64,000 nucleotides of DNA, from the NCBI RefSeq assembly GCF_963921235.1, contig NC_086110.1:13764001-13828000 (forward strand), in the 5' to 3' direction. Positions 37,778 through 50,779 of this stretch are shown one piece after another. Under the pieces are notes generated by a model. It was not told the DNA's origin. It did not search any database and was given only the letters and a program-made list of their open reading frames with translations. Each line of letters opens with the position of its first letter. Position 1 is the first letter of the stretch. The translations under genes were made by a program, and so were the position numbers. The stretch is from Mobula hypostoma (taxonomy: Eukaryota).

Positions 37778-39750
37778 AACAACAGGAATTCTGCAGATGC
37801 TGGAAATTCAAGCAACATACATCAAAGTTGCTGGTGAACGCAGCAGGCCAGGCAGCATCTGTAGGAAGAGGTGCAGTCGACGTTTCAGGCCGAGACCCTT
37901 CGTCAGGACTAACCGAAGGAAGAGTGAGTAAGGGATTTGAAAGTTGGAGGGGGAGGGGGAGATCCAAAATGATAGGAGAAGACAGGAGGGGGAGGGATAG
38001 AGCCGAGAGCTGGACAGGTGATAGGCAAAAGGGGATACGAGAGGATCATGCGACAGGAGGCCCGGGAAGAAAGACAAGGGGGGGGGGTGACCCAGAGGAT
38101 GGGCAAGAGGTATATTCAGAGGGACAGAGGGAGAAAAAGGAGAGTGAGAGAAAGAATGTGTGCATAAAAGTGAGTAACAGATGGGGTACGAGGGGGAGGT
38201 GGGGCCTTAGTGGAAGTTAGAGAACTTGATGTAACGCAAACAACAGGAATTCTGCAGATGCTGGAAATTCAAGCAACATACATCAAAGTTGCTGGTGAAC
38301 GCTGATGACTGCATTGGCGCTGCTTCCTGCACGCATGCAGAACTCGTTGACTTTATTAACTTTGCCTCCAACTTTCACCCTGCCCTCAAGTTTACCTGGT
38401 CCATTTCTGACACCTCCTTCCCCTTTCTAGATCCTTCTGTCTCTGTCTCTGGAGGCAGCTTATCCACTGATGTCTACTATAAGCCTACTGACTCTCACAG
38501 CTATCTGGACTATTCCTCTTCTCACCCTGTCTCTTGCAAAAACGCCATCCCCTTCTCGCAATTCCTTCGTCTCTGCCGCATCTGCTCTCAGGATGAGGCT
38601 TTTCATTCTAGGACGAGGGAGATGTCTTCCTTTTTTAAAGAAAGGGGCTTCCATTCCTCCACTATCAACTCTGCTCTTAAACGCATCTCCCCCATTTCAT
38701 GTACATCTGCTCTCACTCCATCCTCCCACCACCCCACCAGGAATAGCGTTTCCCTGGTCCTCACCTACCACCCCACCAGCCTCCGGGTCCAACATATTAT
38801 TCTCCGTAACTTCCGCCACCTCCAATGGGATCCCACCACTAAGCACATCTTTCCCTCCCCGCCTCTCTCTGCATTCCACAGGGATCGCCCCCTACACAAC
38901 TCCCTTGTCCATTCGTCCCCCCCATCCCTCCCCACTGATCTCCCTCCTGGCACTTATCCATGTAAGCGGAACAAGTGCTACACATGCCCTTACACTTCCT
39001 CCCTTACCACCATTCAGGGCCCCAAACAGTCCTTCCAGATGAGGCATCACTTCACCTGTGAGTCGACTGGGGTGATATACTGCGTCCGGTGCTCCCGATG
39101 TGGCCTTTTATATATTGGTGAGACTCGACGCAGACTGGGAGACCACTTTGCTGAACATCTACGCTCTGTCCGCCAGAGAAAGCAGGATCTCCCAGTGGCC
39201 ACACATTTTAATTCCACATCCCATTCCCATTCTGACATGTCTATCCACGGCCTCCTCTACTGTAAAGATGAAGCCACACTCAGGTTGGAGGAAAAACATC
39301 TTATATTCCGTCTGGGTAGCCTCCAACCTGATGGCATGAACATCGACTTCTCTAACTTCCGCTAAGGCCCCACCTCCCCCTCGTACTCCATCTGTTACTC
39401 ATTTTTATGCACACATTCTTTCTCTCACTCTCCTTTTTCTCCCTCTGTTCCTCTGAATATACCTCTTGCCCATCCTCTGGGTCACCCCCCCCCCTTGTCT
39501 TTCTTCCCGGACCTCCTGTCCCATGATCCTCTCGTATCCCCTTTTGCCTATCACCTGTCCAGCTCTCGGCTCTATCCCTCCCCCTCCTGTCTTCTCCTAT
39601 CATTTTGGATCTCCCCCTCCCCCTCCAACTTTCAAATCCCTCACTCACTCTTTTTTCAGTTAGTCCTGACGAAGGGTCTCGGCCTGAAACGTCGACTGCA
39701 CCTCTTCCTACAGATGCTGCCAGGCCTGCTGCGTTCACCAGCAACTTTGA
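37778..39750 (+). mobile_element. Penelope-like element with GIY-YIG endonuclease and inverted terminal arms
   Basis: Open frame to 39365 with RT C-terminus (DD..FLD..TDVYYKPTDSHSYL) and GVIYCVRCSRCGLLYIGETRRRL. Arm 37778-38232 is the reverse complement of 39340-39750. TSD TGAAAGAGTACAGA. Confidence 0.93.
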
Positions 39751-41029
39751 TGAAAGAGTACAGAGGAGGTTTACTAAAATGTTGCCTGTGTTTCATCTCC
39801 TAAGTTACAGAGAAAGGTTCAACAAGTTAGGTCTTTATTCTTTGGAGCGTAGAAGGCCGAGAGGGGACTTGATAGAGGTGTTTAAAATTATGAGGGGGAT
39901 TGATAGAGTTGACGTGGATAGGCTTTTTCCATTGAAAGAGGGGGAGATTCAAACAAGAGGACATGAGTTGAGAGTTAAAGGGCAAAAGTTTAGGAGTAAC
40001 AAGAGGGGGAACTTTTTCACGCAGGGCGTGGTAGCTGTGTGAAACGAGGTTCCAGCAGAAGTGGTTGAGGCAGGTTCGATGTTGACGTTTAAAGTTAAAT
40101 TGGATAGGTATATGGACAGGAAGGGAATGGAGGGTTTTGGACCGAGTGCAGGTCGGTGGGACTAGGTGAGAGTAGGAGTTCAGCACGGACTAGAAGGGCC
40201 GATATGGCCTGTTTCCGTGCGTAATTGTTATATGGAAAAATATGAAAATGTTATGAAAAGCTGCTGGATATTCCCCCGACTATGGAGATTGAAATGGAGC
40301 ATCGTTCGCTCGTCCCGCTGCCCTCCGGAGACAGAGAAAGTAAACCGCGCTCAGTAGTACTTAAATTCGTTCCATTCAAGAGCAAGGCGGAGATTCTGTG
40401 AAGGGCCTGGGATAAGAAGAGGGTTTTTTGGAACGGGAGGTTAATATGCTTCGATCATGATTACCTCCCGGTGGTCCTGCGGAAACGGAAGGAATATTCC
40501 GAAGCAAAACGAATATTAAAGCAAGAAAGGATTGAACTCCAAACCCCGTACCCTGCTAAACTGAGGGTATTTTACTAAGAGGAGATACGACTATACCAGA
40601 CGGAGGAAGTGGCGACTACAGACATGAACAATAGAGGACTGTCCGTTAGCGTGTTCAAACCAAGGAAAGTGTGGCAGAGCGGTTATCCCGATCTGCTTGG
40701 GAAATAGTAAGAGAACCTAGAAAGCAGGGGACGGAAGCAAGACGAGAGAAGGATATTAGGAAGAGACTGTCAGTTCTCCGAGGACACCGGTCACCTCCTC
40801 CAGAACAGCTATAAGGTTTGGTTAACTTTAGAAGTGCTGATAAACTAAACGGAAGCAAAAATAGACGGTGATACACCTATCTCGATAAATATGTATTATA
40901 ATGTGGATTTTATATTACTCAATTTTTTAAAAATTCATTCATTCATTCAGTCCTTTCTCCCCACCTAAATGAGAATATATACATGGGTGGAATACACAGG
41001 GAAATCATTTCTGTGTAATGGACATACAT

Positions 41030-42480
41030 AGCTTTAGCAACAAACAAAGTTTGCTGGTGAATGCAGCAGACCTGGCAGCATCTCTAGGAGGAGGTGCAGT
41101 CGACGTTTCAGGACGAGATTCTTCGTCAGGACTAACTGAAAAAAGAGCTAGTAAGGGATTTGAAAGTGGGAGGGAGAGGGGGAGATCCGAAATGACAGGA
41201 GAAGAGAGTAAGGGGAGGGTTGGAGCCAAGAGCTGGACAGTTGATTGGCAAAAGGGATAGGAGAGCATCATGAGATGGGAGGCCTAGGGAGAAAGAAAAG
41301 GAGAGGGGGAAGCCCAGAGGATGGGGAAGGAGTATAGTGAGAGGGACAGAGAGACGACACCGGTGCCAAGCTGTATCGGCCCGAGTGCCCTTCCCTTTGA
41401 CATCGGTGGGGTGGATAGCGGTACTTGCAGCATAGGCACTGCCGGTCTTCCACACAACCTTGTCCATGGCCTGCGCCCTGGAAAACTTCTAAGGCGCAAA
41501 TCCATTGTCTGATGAGACTAACGGATGTCTATTTATCTATTTATAGTGACATGGACAGAGGGAGAAAAAGGAGAAAGAAAAAAGAATATAATAAATAACG
41601 GACGTAGTACGAGGGGGAGGTGGGGCATTAACAGAAGTTAGAGAAGTCAATGTTCATGCCATCAGTTTGGAGGCTACCAGACGGAATTGTTCCTCCAACC
41701 TGAGTGTGGCTTCATCGTTACAGTAGAGGAGGCCGTGGATAGACATATCAGAATGGGAATGGGCCGAGGAATTAAAATGTGTGGACACTGGGAGATATTG
41801 ATTTCTCTGGCAGACAGGGCGTAGGTATTCAGCGAAACGCTCTCCCAGCATGCGTCGGGTGTCGCCAAGATATAGAAGGCCGCATCGAGAGCACCGGACG
41901 CAGTATATCACCCTAGCCGACTCACGGGTGAAGTGTCGCCTCACCTGGAAGGACTGTCTGGGGCCCTGAATGGTAGTGAGGGAGGAAGTGGAAAAGCCTG
42001 TGTAGCAGTTGTTCCGCTTACAGGGATAAGTGCCGAGAGGGAAATCGGTGGGGGGATCGAATAGTCAAGGGAGTCGCGTAGGGAGCGATCCTGCGGAAAG
42101 CCGAGAGACGGGAGAGGGAAAGATGTGCTTAGTGGTGGGATCCCGTTGGAGGTGGCAAAAGTTACGGAGAATTATTTGTTGGACCCGAAGGCTGGTGGGG
42201 TGGCAGGTGAGGACAAAGGGAACCGATTCCTAGTGGGATGGCGGGACGATGGGGTAGGAGCAGATGTGTGTGAAATGGGAGAGATGCGGTTGAGAACAGA
42301 GTTGATGGTGGAGGAAGGGCAGCCTCTTTCTTTAAAAATGGAGGACAGCTCCTTCGTCCTGGAATGAAAAGCCTCATCCTGAGAGCAGATGCGGCGGAGA
42401 CGGTGGAATTGCGAGAAGGGGATGGCATTTTTGCAAGAACAGGGTGAGAAGAGGCACAGTCCAGATAGCTGTGAGAGTAG
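41030..42480 (-). mobile_element. Second, older Penelope-like element
   Basis: RVIYCVRCSRCGLLYLGDTRR in ORF 41654-41944 and the same tail family. Interrupted by a SINE fragment at about 41355-41550. Confidence 0.85.
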
Positions 42481-42715
42481 ATACTACAGCGGGAGCCCTG
42501 AACTCATAGGTAGGAGGAGCTATGCCCCACGGCTAGACATTTCTTCTAGCTCAGCCCAGGGTCATCTAGAGACCCCAGCCTTGGAATAACACCTTCGTTA
42601 CTTTTTTTTTTAATTACTCGCGTTTATTGATTCTTATTTGTTCAGGGAGTAGATCGATTAAGTTATATTCTGCAAATTTCAATGATATACTAACAGATAA
42701 ATACACATGGCTAAG

Positions 42716-43586
42716 TGTTACGTAACTGGCAAGAATGAATATGAATCGAGTTAGGTTATATAAAAACAACTAAACATTTATTAAACACGGATAAACAATA
42801 AAACACAAACGAAAACCTTATCCGGAAGTTAACCGCTATGTAATATTCAACAAATCGTCACTCGGCACTGGTTCTTAGAGTGATAAATGCTAAAACAGTT
42901 CTTAAAGCGGTAAAGTCAAACACAGTTCTTAAAATGGTAAATTCGAAAGTCCAACAGATTTATACGTTCAATTGGGAGAGACTTCTCTGGAGAAGGATTT
43001 CTTCATAGACGCGACTTTCCCGCTGGTTCGGTCCAAAGGATTCACGAGGAAGGAAATAAAAGGCTTAAAACAAGTGACCTTAATTTCTAGAGCAAATCCT
43101 GCATGAACTACCCTGCGCTTTCGGCAGGAGTTATTTCCGATGCAGGTCGATACTTCTTCAACGAAGACACAAAAAGGTCGATCCTTTATTAAACTGCCGA
43201 ACATTCCCGAATTCTCTTAATCCTTCATATCCTGTACTTCGATGCAGTCTTCACTCTCCAATGTTACTGAAAAGGTACATTAACAAACCTAGCAGCGATT
43301 GCCAAACTGCTGGCTCAAACTTCTGTATCTTACATGAGAATTTAAAACTCCGTTTTAAATCAAAACTGCGTCATACTGCAATTACACAGCTGAGCGGAGT
43401 ATCTCATTGACGTTCTAACTGGAAAACTGAAAACTAAAATCTAACGGCGTCATCTGAGGTCTTCCCTTATATACCCGTGGTGAAAATGTCATCACGTGAC
43501 CTCACATCGGCGGGAAAATTAAATCAGGTGACCTCCAAAAGACCATTACATCATTTTCACAAGAAAATAACAAGATCTCCTTGACA
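42716..43586. mobile_element. Solo LTR inserted at the start of L1 ORF2
   Basis: TGTTA...TGACA termini and a degenerate TSD CTAAG/CGGAG. Removing it restores ATG GCT AAG GTC AAA GTG AAA TTC. Confidence 0.7.
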
Positions 43587-46099
43587 CGGAGGTCAAAGTG
43601 AAATTCATTTCTTTTAATGTTAATAAGCTGTTGAATCCAGTCAAGCGCAGTAAAGTTCTATCAAAGATGAAAATAGAACAATTCCATTCTGTATATTTAC
43701 AGGAAACTCACTTAAGAAATAATGAGCATGGAAAATTGAAGAGAATGGGCTTTACTAATTTAGTTTTCTCCTCATATACATCACTACATAGAAGAGGGGC
43801 TGCCATTGTCATCTCAAGCAAGTTAAATCTGGAAGAAGTATTCGAAATGGGAGATAAGGAGGACAGATATATTCTGGTAAGGGGGAATATAGATGGAAAT
43901 CCAGTTACTTTATTGAATATATATGCACCCCAGGAAGTGATATTACTTTCTTCAAGAAAATTACTAATATTATGGTAACGGAAACAGAAGGTCTCTTGAT
44001 GGGTGGGGGAGACTTAAATTTAGAATTACAAAGTTAAATTCTTCCAATAGAAAAACCTATGCAACAAAGTCCTTACATAAGAAAGTTAACACACTTTTTG
44101 AGGATATTGGTCTAATGATATATGGAGGGACCATTCCCTGACCAAAAGGATTACACTCATTATTCTGCCCTATTTCCATATATACAAGAATAGACTATTT
44201 CATAACATTTGGAAAAGATAGAGACAAAATAATCACCTGTGGAACTGGGACAATAGATGTAAGTGACCATTCACCGAAATATTTATCTGTTGATTTTGAC
44301 CTACAACCAAAGAATATTATTTGGAAACTAAATTCAAGTCTACTCAATGATCTTTATTACAAGGAACAAATTAAAAAAGAAATTGGTCTTTACTTAGAAC
44401 TCAATGATGATAATGGTGAGGTTTCACCTCCCATTCTATGGGATACTCTGAAGGCTGTCTTAACAGGGAAAATTATCGCGATATCTTCATATAAGGAAAA
44501 AAAAGAATAAAACATTAGAGGAATTACAAAATAAGCTGAAAGAACTAGAAAAAAAACAAATTGAGTTTGGCACAGGATACATTAGAGACAATCTTGAAAA
44601 ATCAGAATGAAATTAATAGTTTGGCTACACAAGAAATTAGAAAAAATAATGTTTCTAAAACAGAGACACTATGAAATTGGATCTAAATCTATGAATATAC
44701 TGGCGTGAAAAATTGGATCTAAATCTATGAATATACTGGCGTGAAAATTGAAAAAAAAAATAGCAGAAAATACGATTCATAGAATTAGGGATCCGAGAAC
44801 AAAAGTGATTTAAAAAAAAAGCGAACTGAAATTCAAGAAGCTTTTGAAATGTTTTAAATTTCTTGTGTAGCCAAACTATTAATTTCATTCTAATTTTTCA
44901 AGGTTGTCTCCAATGTATCCTGTGCCAAACTCAATTTGTGTTTTTTTTCCAGTTCTTTCAGCTTATTTTGTAATTCCTCTAATGTTTTATTCTTTATTTT
45001 TTTCTTATATGAAGATATCGCGATAATTTTCCCTCTTAAGACAGCCTTATATATTCCCTCTATATCCCAAAGTTCCAGTGGAAGCATAACCCAAATTGGC
45101 ATCTTCCTGGATTCTTTAGAAATACCCACTTTAAGTAAAGAACAAAACAAAACGATGACTGCTGACATAACTGAAGCTGAACTTCAAACTGCAATTAGTA
45201 GGCTTACATTAAGCAAGTCAACAGGACCTGATGATATACAGCAGAGTGGCATAAAGAGTTCAGGACTGAGTTAATTCCTGTTTCACTAGCCACACTGAAC
45301 TGGGCCCAAAGAGAGGCGCAAATGCCCCCCAGCTGGAAGGATGTAATAATCTCAGCTATACCGAAAGAAGGCAAGAAAAAAATGGAATGTAGGTCATTTA
45401 GATCAATATTTGTTCTTAATGTGGATTATACAATATTTACCTCCATCATGGCCAAACGATTAGAAGATTTTCTACCCACACTGATACACAAAGATCCAAC
45501 AGGTTTTACACAACGCCAAACACAAGACAATATACGAAAGACACTTCACATTATGGATCATATAAAGGAATGAAATTGAAGTAATAGTGATAAGCGTGGA
45601 CGCTGAAAAGGCATTTGATTCGGTTAAATGGAATTTTCTTTACATAGCTTTAAATATATTTGGTTAACAGGATACAATTATTATAACTATACAGACACTA
45701 TATGACAGTCCTACTGCCAGGATTAAAATCAATGGATATTTATCTAATAGTTTTACCCTAGAAAGGGGCAGGAGACAGGGTTGTGCATGGTCACCGCTAC
45801 TCTTTGCATTATATCTGGAAATATTAGCTCAACATGTCAGATAAAATGAAGATAGCAAGGGAATTAAAGGAACAGAACATAAATTGGCCTGTTGCGCGGA
45901 TGACATTTTGATCTACCTAGGGCAATCAACATACTGTTTATCTAAATTGATGCAATCCTTTGAAAAATATCAGGATCAACATCGATAAAACCCAAATACT
46001 TTCATTTAACTATTACCCACCAAGAGAAATTGAAAGTAGATATCCTTGGGCATGGCAAACGGAATCCGTCAAATATTTGGGCATCACTATGACAAAACA

Positions 46100-48200
46100 T
46101 GAAATAGTACAGCACAGTACATGCCCTTCGGCCGACCATAAAACCCTGCCCCCCATATAACGCCCCACCGTAAATTCCTCCATATAACTGTCTAATAGTC
46201 TCTTAAATTTCTCCAGCGTATCTGCCTCCACCACTGCCTCAGGCAGTGTATTCCACGCACCAATCACTCTCTGAGTAAAACACACGCCCTCGAATATCCC
46301 CCTTGAACTTCCCACCGCTTACCTTAAAGCCATGTCCTCTTGTATTGAGCAGTGGTCCCTGGAGAAGAGTTGCTGGCTGTCCACTCTGTCTATTCCTCTC
46401 AATATCTTGTATACCTCTACCATGTCTCCTCCCATCTTCCTTCCCTCTAAAGAGTAAAGCCCTAGCTCCCTTAATCTCTGATCAAAATGCATACTCTCTG
46501 AACCAGGCAGCATCCTGGTAAATCTCCTCTGTATCCGTTCCAATGTTTCCACATCCTTCCTACAGTGAGGCGAACAGAAATGGGCACAGTACTCCAAGTG
46601 TGGCCTAACCAGAGTTTTACAGAGCTGCATCATTACCTCGCGACTCTTAAACACTATCCCTCGACATGTGCAAGCTGACACCCCATAAGCTTTCTTTACT
46701 GCCCTATCTACCTGTGAGGTAACTTTCAGAGATCTGTGGACATTTACCCCAAGATCTCTCTGCTCTTGCACATTGCCAAGTATCCTGTCATTTACTTTGT
46801 ACTCTGCCTTGAACTCCACCTGCCACATCTCAGCCCACTTCTGCATCCTTTCAATGTTCCTCTGTAATCTTCGACAATCCTCTAAACTATCTACAACACC
46901 GCCAACCTTTGTGTTGTCTGCAAACTTGCCAACCCACCCTTCAAACCCCACATCCAGGTCATTAATGAAAATCATGAAAGGTAGAGGTCGCAGAACCGAT
47001 TCTTGTTTGACAGCGCTAGTCACAACCTCCAATCTGAATGTACTCCCTTCACCACGACACTCTAACTTCTGCAGCAAGACAATTCTGAATCCACCTGGTC
47101 AATCTGCCCTGAATCCCATGCCTTCTGACTTTGTGAATATGCCTACCATGTGGAATACCTTGTCAAATGCCTTACTAAAATCTATATAGATCACATCCAC
47201 TACACTACCCCGATCTATATGCCTGATCATCTCCTCAAAGAACTCTATCAGGCTTGTTAGACACGATTTTCCCTTCACAAAGCCATGCTGACTGTCCCTG
47301 ATCAGACAATGAATCTCTAAATGCCCATAGATCCTAGCTCTAAGAATTTTTCCAATAGCTGTCCCAGCACAGGTGTAAGGCTCACTGGTCTTTAATTACC
47401 CGGAATATCCCTACTACCTTTTTTGAACAAGGGGACAATATTCGCCTCCCTCCAGTCCTCCGGTGTCATTCCCGTAGACAACGAGGACATAAAGATCCTA
47501 GCCAGAGGCTCAGCAATCTCTTCCCTCGACTCGTGGAGCGGCCTGGGGAATATTCCGTCAGGCCCCGGGGATTTATCCGTCCTAATGTATTTTAATAACT
47601 CCAACACCTCCTCTCCCTTAATATCAACATGCTCCAAAACATCAACCTCACTCATATTGTCCTCACCGTCATCAAGTTCCCTCTCATTGGTGAATACGGA
47701 AGAGAAGTATTCATTGAGGACCTCTCTCACTTCCACAGCCTCCAGGCACATCTTCCCACATTTATCTCCAATCGGTCCTACCTTCATTCCTGTTATCCTT
47801 TGTTCTTCACATAATTGAAGAATGCCTTGGGGTTTTCCTTTACCCTACTGGCCAAGGCCTTTTCATGCCCCCTTCTTATTCTCCTCAGCTCCTTTTTTTC
47901 TACCCTATATTCCTCAATAGACCCATCAGATCCTTGCTTCCTAAACCTCATGTATGCTGCCTTCTTCCACCTGACTAGATCTTCCACTTCACTTGTCACC
48001 CATGGATTGTTCACGCTACTATTTTTTATCGTCCTCACTGGAACAAATTTATCCCTAGCATTCTGGAACAGATCTCTAAACATCGACCATATGTCCATAG
48101 TGCCTTTACCTGCAAAAACATCATCCCTATTCATACCCACCGATTCTAGCCTTACATCCTCATAATTTGCCCTTCCCCAATTAAAAACTTCCCTGTCCTC
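46100..48200 (-). mobile_element. CR1 LINE nested in L1 ORF2
   Basis: KFADNTKVGG, RPHLEYCAHF and VPLFKKGSRD motifs; tail at about 46100-46140. Confidence 0.9.
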
Positions 48201-50779
48201 TCAGATTCTCTCACTCAGAGATTTGTTATTTGGCAAAATCATCAGAATGCAATTATCAGGCTATATATATAAAAATAAGAAAGGTATAACAAGATTGAAC
48301 CTAATTCATTTTCCTGGTCTCAGTTCAAGGATTGAATCCATTAAAATGAATATACCGCCCAGACTACTATATCTCTTTCAAACGCTACAAATAGAGATGA
48401 ACAAAAATCGAACAAGATGATATCAATATATATATATATATAGCAAGGTAAACGGCCTAGGGTTCGTCTCAAAACTTTGCAATTAGCCAAAGGAAAGGGG
48501 GGATGGGGCCTACTTTCTCTTAGAGATTATTATTTTGCACCACAGTTGAGAGCCGTGATATGTTGGTTCAACTTATCCTATGACGCTGAATGGAAAACAT
48601 TGAAGAGAGGATACTTTCGATCCCCATACAAGCAATTTTGGTTGATAACAACCTACAAAGTTACATAAATAATATTGAAACCCGTGGGTGAAATGGACTC
48701 TTAAAATATAAGAAACTATTATAAAAGAATATAAACTAGAGAGAGACATTACAAATATTAAATGGTGTGCATATGACTCGGATTTTACGCCGAATTAACT
48801 GGATACTAGATTTAAGGACTGGACAGCTAAAGGAATAACAGCTATTTGCAATATAATGAAAGAAGGAACACTGTTCAGTTTTGAAATGTTCAACGAGAAA
48901 CACTTATTAGAAAAACAAGACTTTTACCGGTATTTACAGATGCGACAGTATGTTAATAGGACTTTTAAAAATGTAACCAAGGCAAGTACATGTCTGATAG
49001 AGCTATTTAGAAAAGCATATAACTCAGACAACGGTAGTAGAATAATTTCAAGCGTGTATAACGGTTTGTCAAATCTTAAAACACGTTCAACTTCATACAT
49101 TAAAACAAAATGGGAGAAGGAGGGAGGATAATAATATCTGAGGAAGACTGGACAATAATATGGAGGTATCAATGGAAGTATACCAGTTCACAGAAATGGA
49201 GGGAGTTCGGGTGGAAATACTTGATAAGATAGTTTATTACACCCTCTCAGAAATTCCATTATGACAGTAACCCCCCTGCTTGCTGGAGAGATTGTGGAAA
49301 TCAAAATGCAAGCCATTATCATATTTTCTGGGAATGCCCCGTTATCAAAGACTTTTGGACTGGGATACATATTGCCTTAAAAGACATCTTTAAATGTGAA
49401 ATAACCTTAGAGAGTAAGACCATATATTTTGGGTTTAAACCTCAAGAATGGTTGAAAAGTGATAAATATTTAATGAGTGTACTGCTGGTGGATGGTAAAA
49501 AGATCATCTCTAGGAAATGGTTACCACAGGACAGCCCAACTTTAAATGTGTGGATGGAAATTACAATGCACATTTACAAAGTGGAGAAGATAACAGCATC
49601 TGTTAATCATAAGTTGAAACAATTTTATTCATACTGGAAAAAATGCTTTAACTACATAACACCTCATAGGCCTGTTTTTATTCTCACAAGTCAATGAATA
49701 TGTTGTAAAAAAAAGATCACTCGCTACTCTGTACATAGTTTTATTCTTTCGATTGTTCTTTCTTTCCTCTCCTTTCTATAAGTGTATACCTCAGATAAGT
49801 ATTATGTGGAGATTGCGACAAATATGATTATATGACATATATGTACAGTGTCTGAAATACATCTTGTGGTAATGTTTGATGATGAAATGCAATAAAAAAA
49901 TAAGAAACCCGTGATGTCCGAATCAAAGATAATTCAAATTGAATCGATTTCTACTTGCTTGGATATGGTCTACTTCGTGCCATTTTGTGCCTGTTCATGT
50001 GAATATTCGAATGTCTTTAACGGTTGTGATCACATCAGCATTCTCTGGTAGCGCGTTCAAGTCAACAACCATTCTCTGTGTAAAATACTTGCCACGTAAA
50101 GTTCACTTAATTTTTCCTCTTTTATCTCAAGGCGACGCCCTCCAGTAACTTACACTAATATTCCCGAGCTATACTCACAGAAAGAATGACAAGGCTAACA
50201 TTATTAGGGAATCCCGTTTGACGAACGTATTAAGACACTGGTCAGGAGAAAAGAGTTCTGAATCTTCTACAGGGAACGGGCGCAAGTGCGCCCCTTCAGA
50301 ACTATAAGAGATATTCTGGTACACTTTAGGGCAATCTTGACAGCTCAAAGATGGCATGAAATAGGTTGTAAAATATATTACGAGGAAGTGAGGAAATAGC
50401 GACTCTGAAGGAACAGTGTGATCATTTTTGTGTGGAGCCACAGACGATGTCTGAGCTGCAGATTATTATTTCTCATCTGTATAACTGTGCTGAAAATCAT
50501 TGCAGCGAAGGAATTAAGGGGAATTCATAGCAATGATTTTCAAAAATCTATATGGGAAAAGAGGAGGAGTGGTGATGGGCCGGAGGATGGGCGGAATGAG
50601 GGGTGGGTACTTGCTGAGTGAGAATACAGTATGTTTCATGAGCCTGATCAAGTGTATTGGTCGACATTGTGGGATGGTAGGACAGGAATTGCGAGGACAA
50701 TTGTAGTGATATGACCACCGTCTTTTACCAGGATTGTGGTACCAGAACACTAGAGTGTGGATAATGTGCATTTATTTAA

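Larger units (their letters stand above)
31300..40254 (+). mobile_element. CR1 LINE (end of ORF1 esterase, ORF2, tail) inserted in L1 ORF1, itself split by three insertions
   Basis: KKDGLHLN (SGNH-type ORF1 end), APE motifs (CIYFNARS, ISETWL) and RT at 36622-37410; tail near 40225. Candidate TSD GAAAAGC at 31293-31299 and 40255-40261. Confidence 0.85.
30758..49900 (+). mobile_element. Full-length L1/Tx1-clade LINE fragmented by nested insertions
   Basis: ORF1 coiled coil and RSRQKNIRIYNIPE (30930-31299), continuing at 40255. ORF2 endonuclease VKFISFNVN..YLQETHL (43587 onward), RT pieces at 45050-46100 and 48220-49700, and an AATAAA/poly-A end near 49900. Confidence 0.88.

Noticed and set aside
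50480-50510. 13-nt match (gctgaaaatcatt) to the C1 exon start, as a third paralog
   Set aside because: Similarity does not extend on either side and is consistent with chance.
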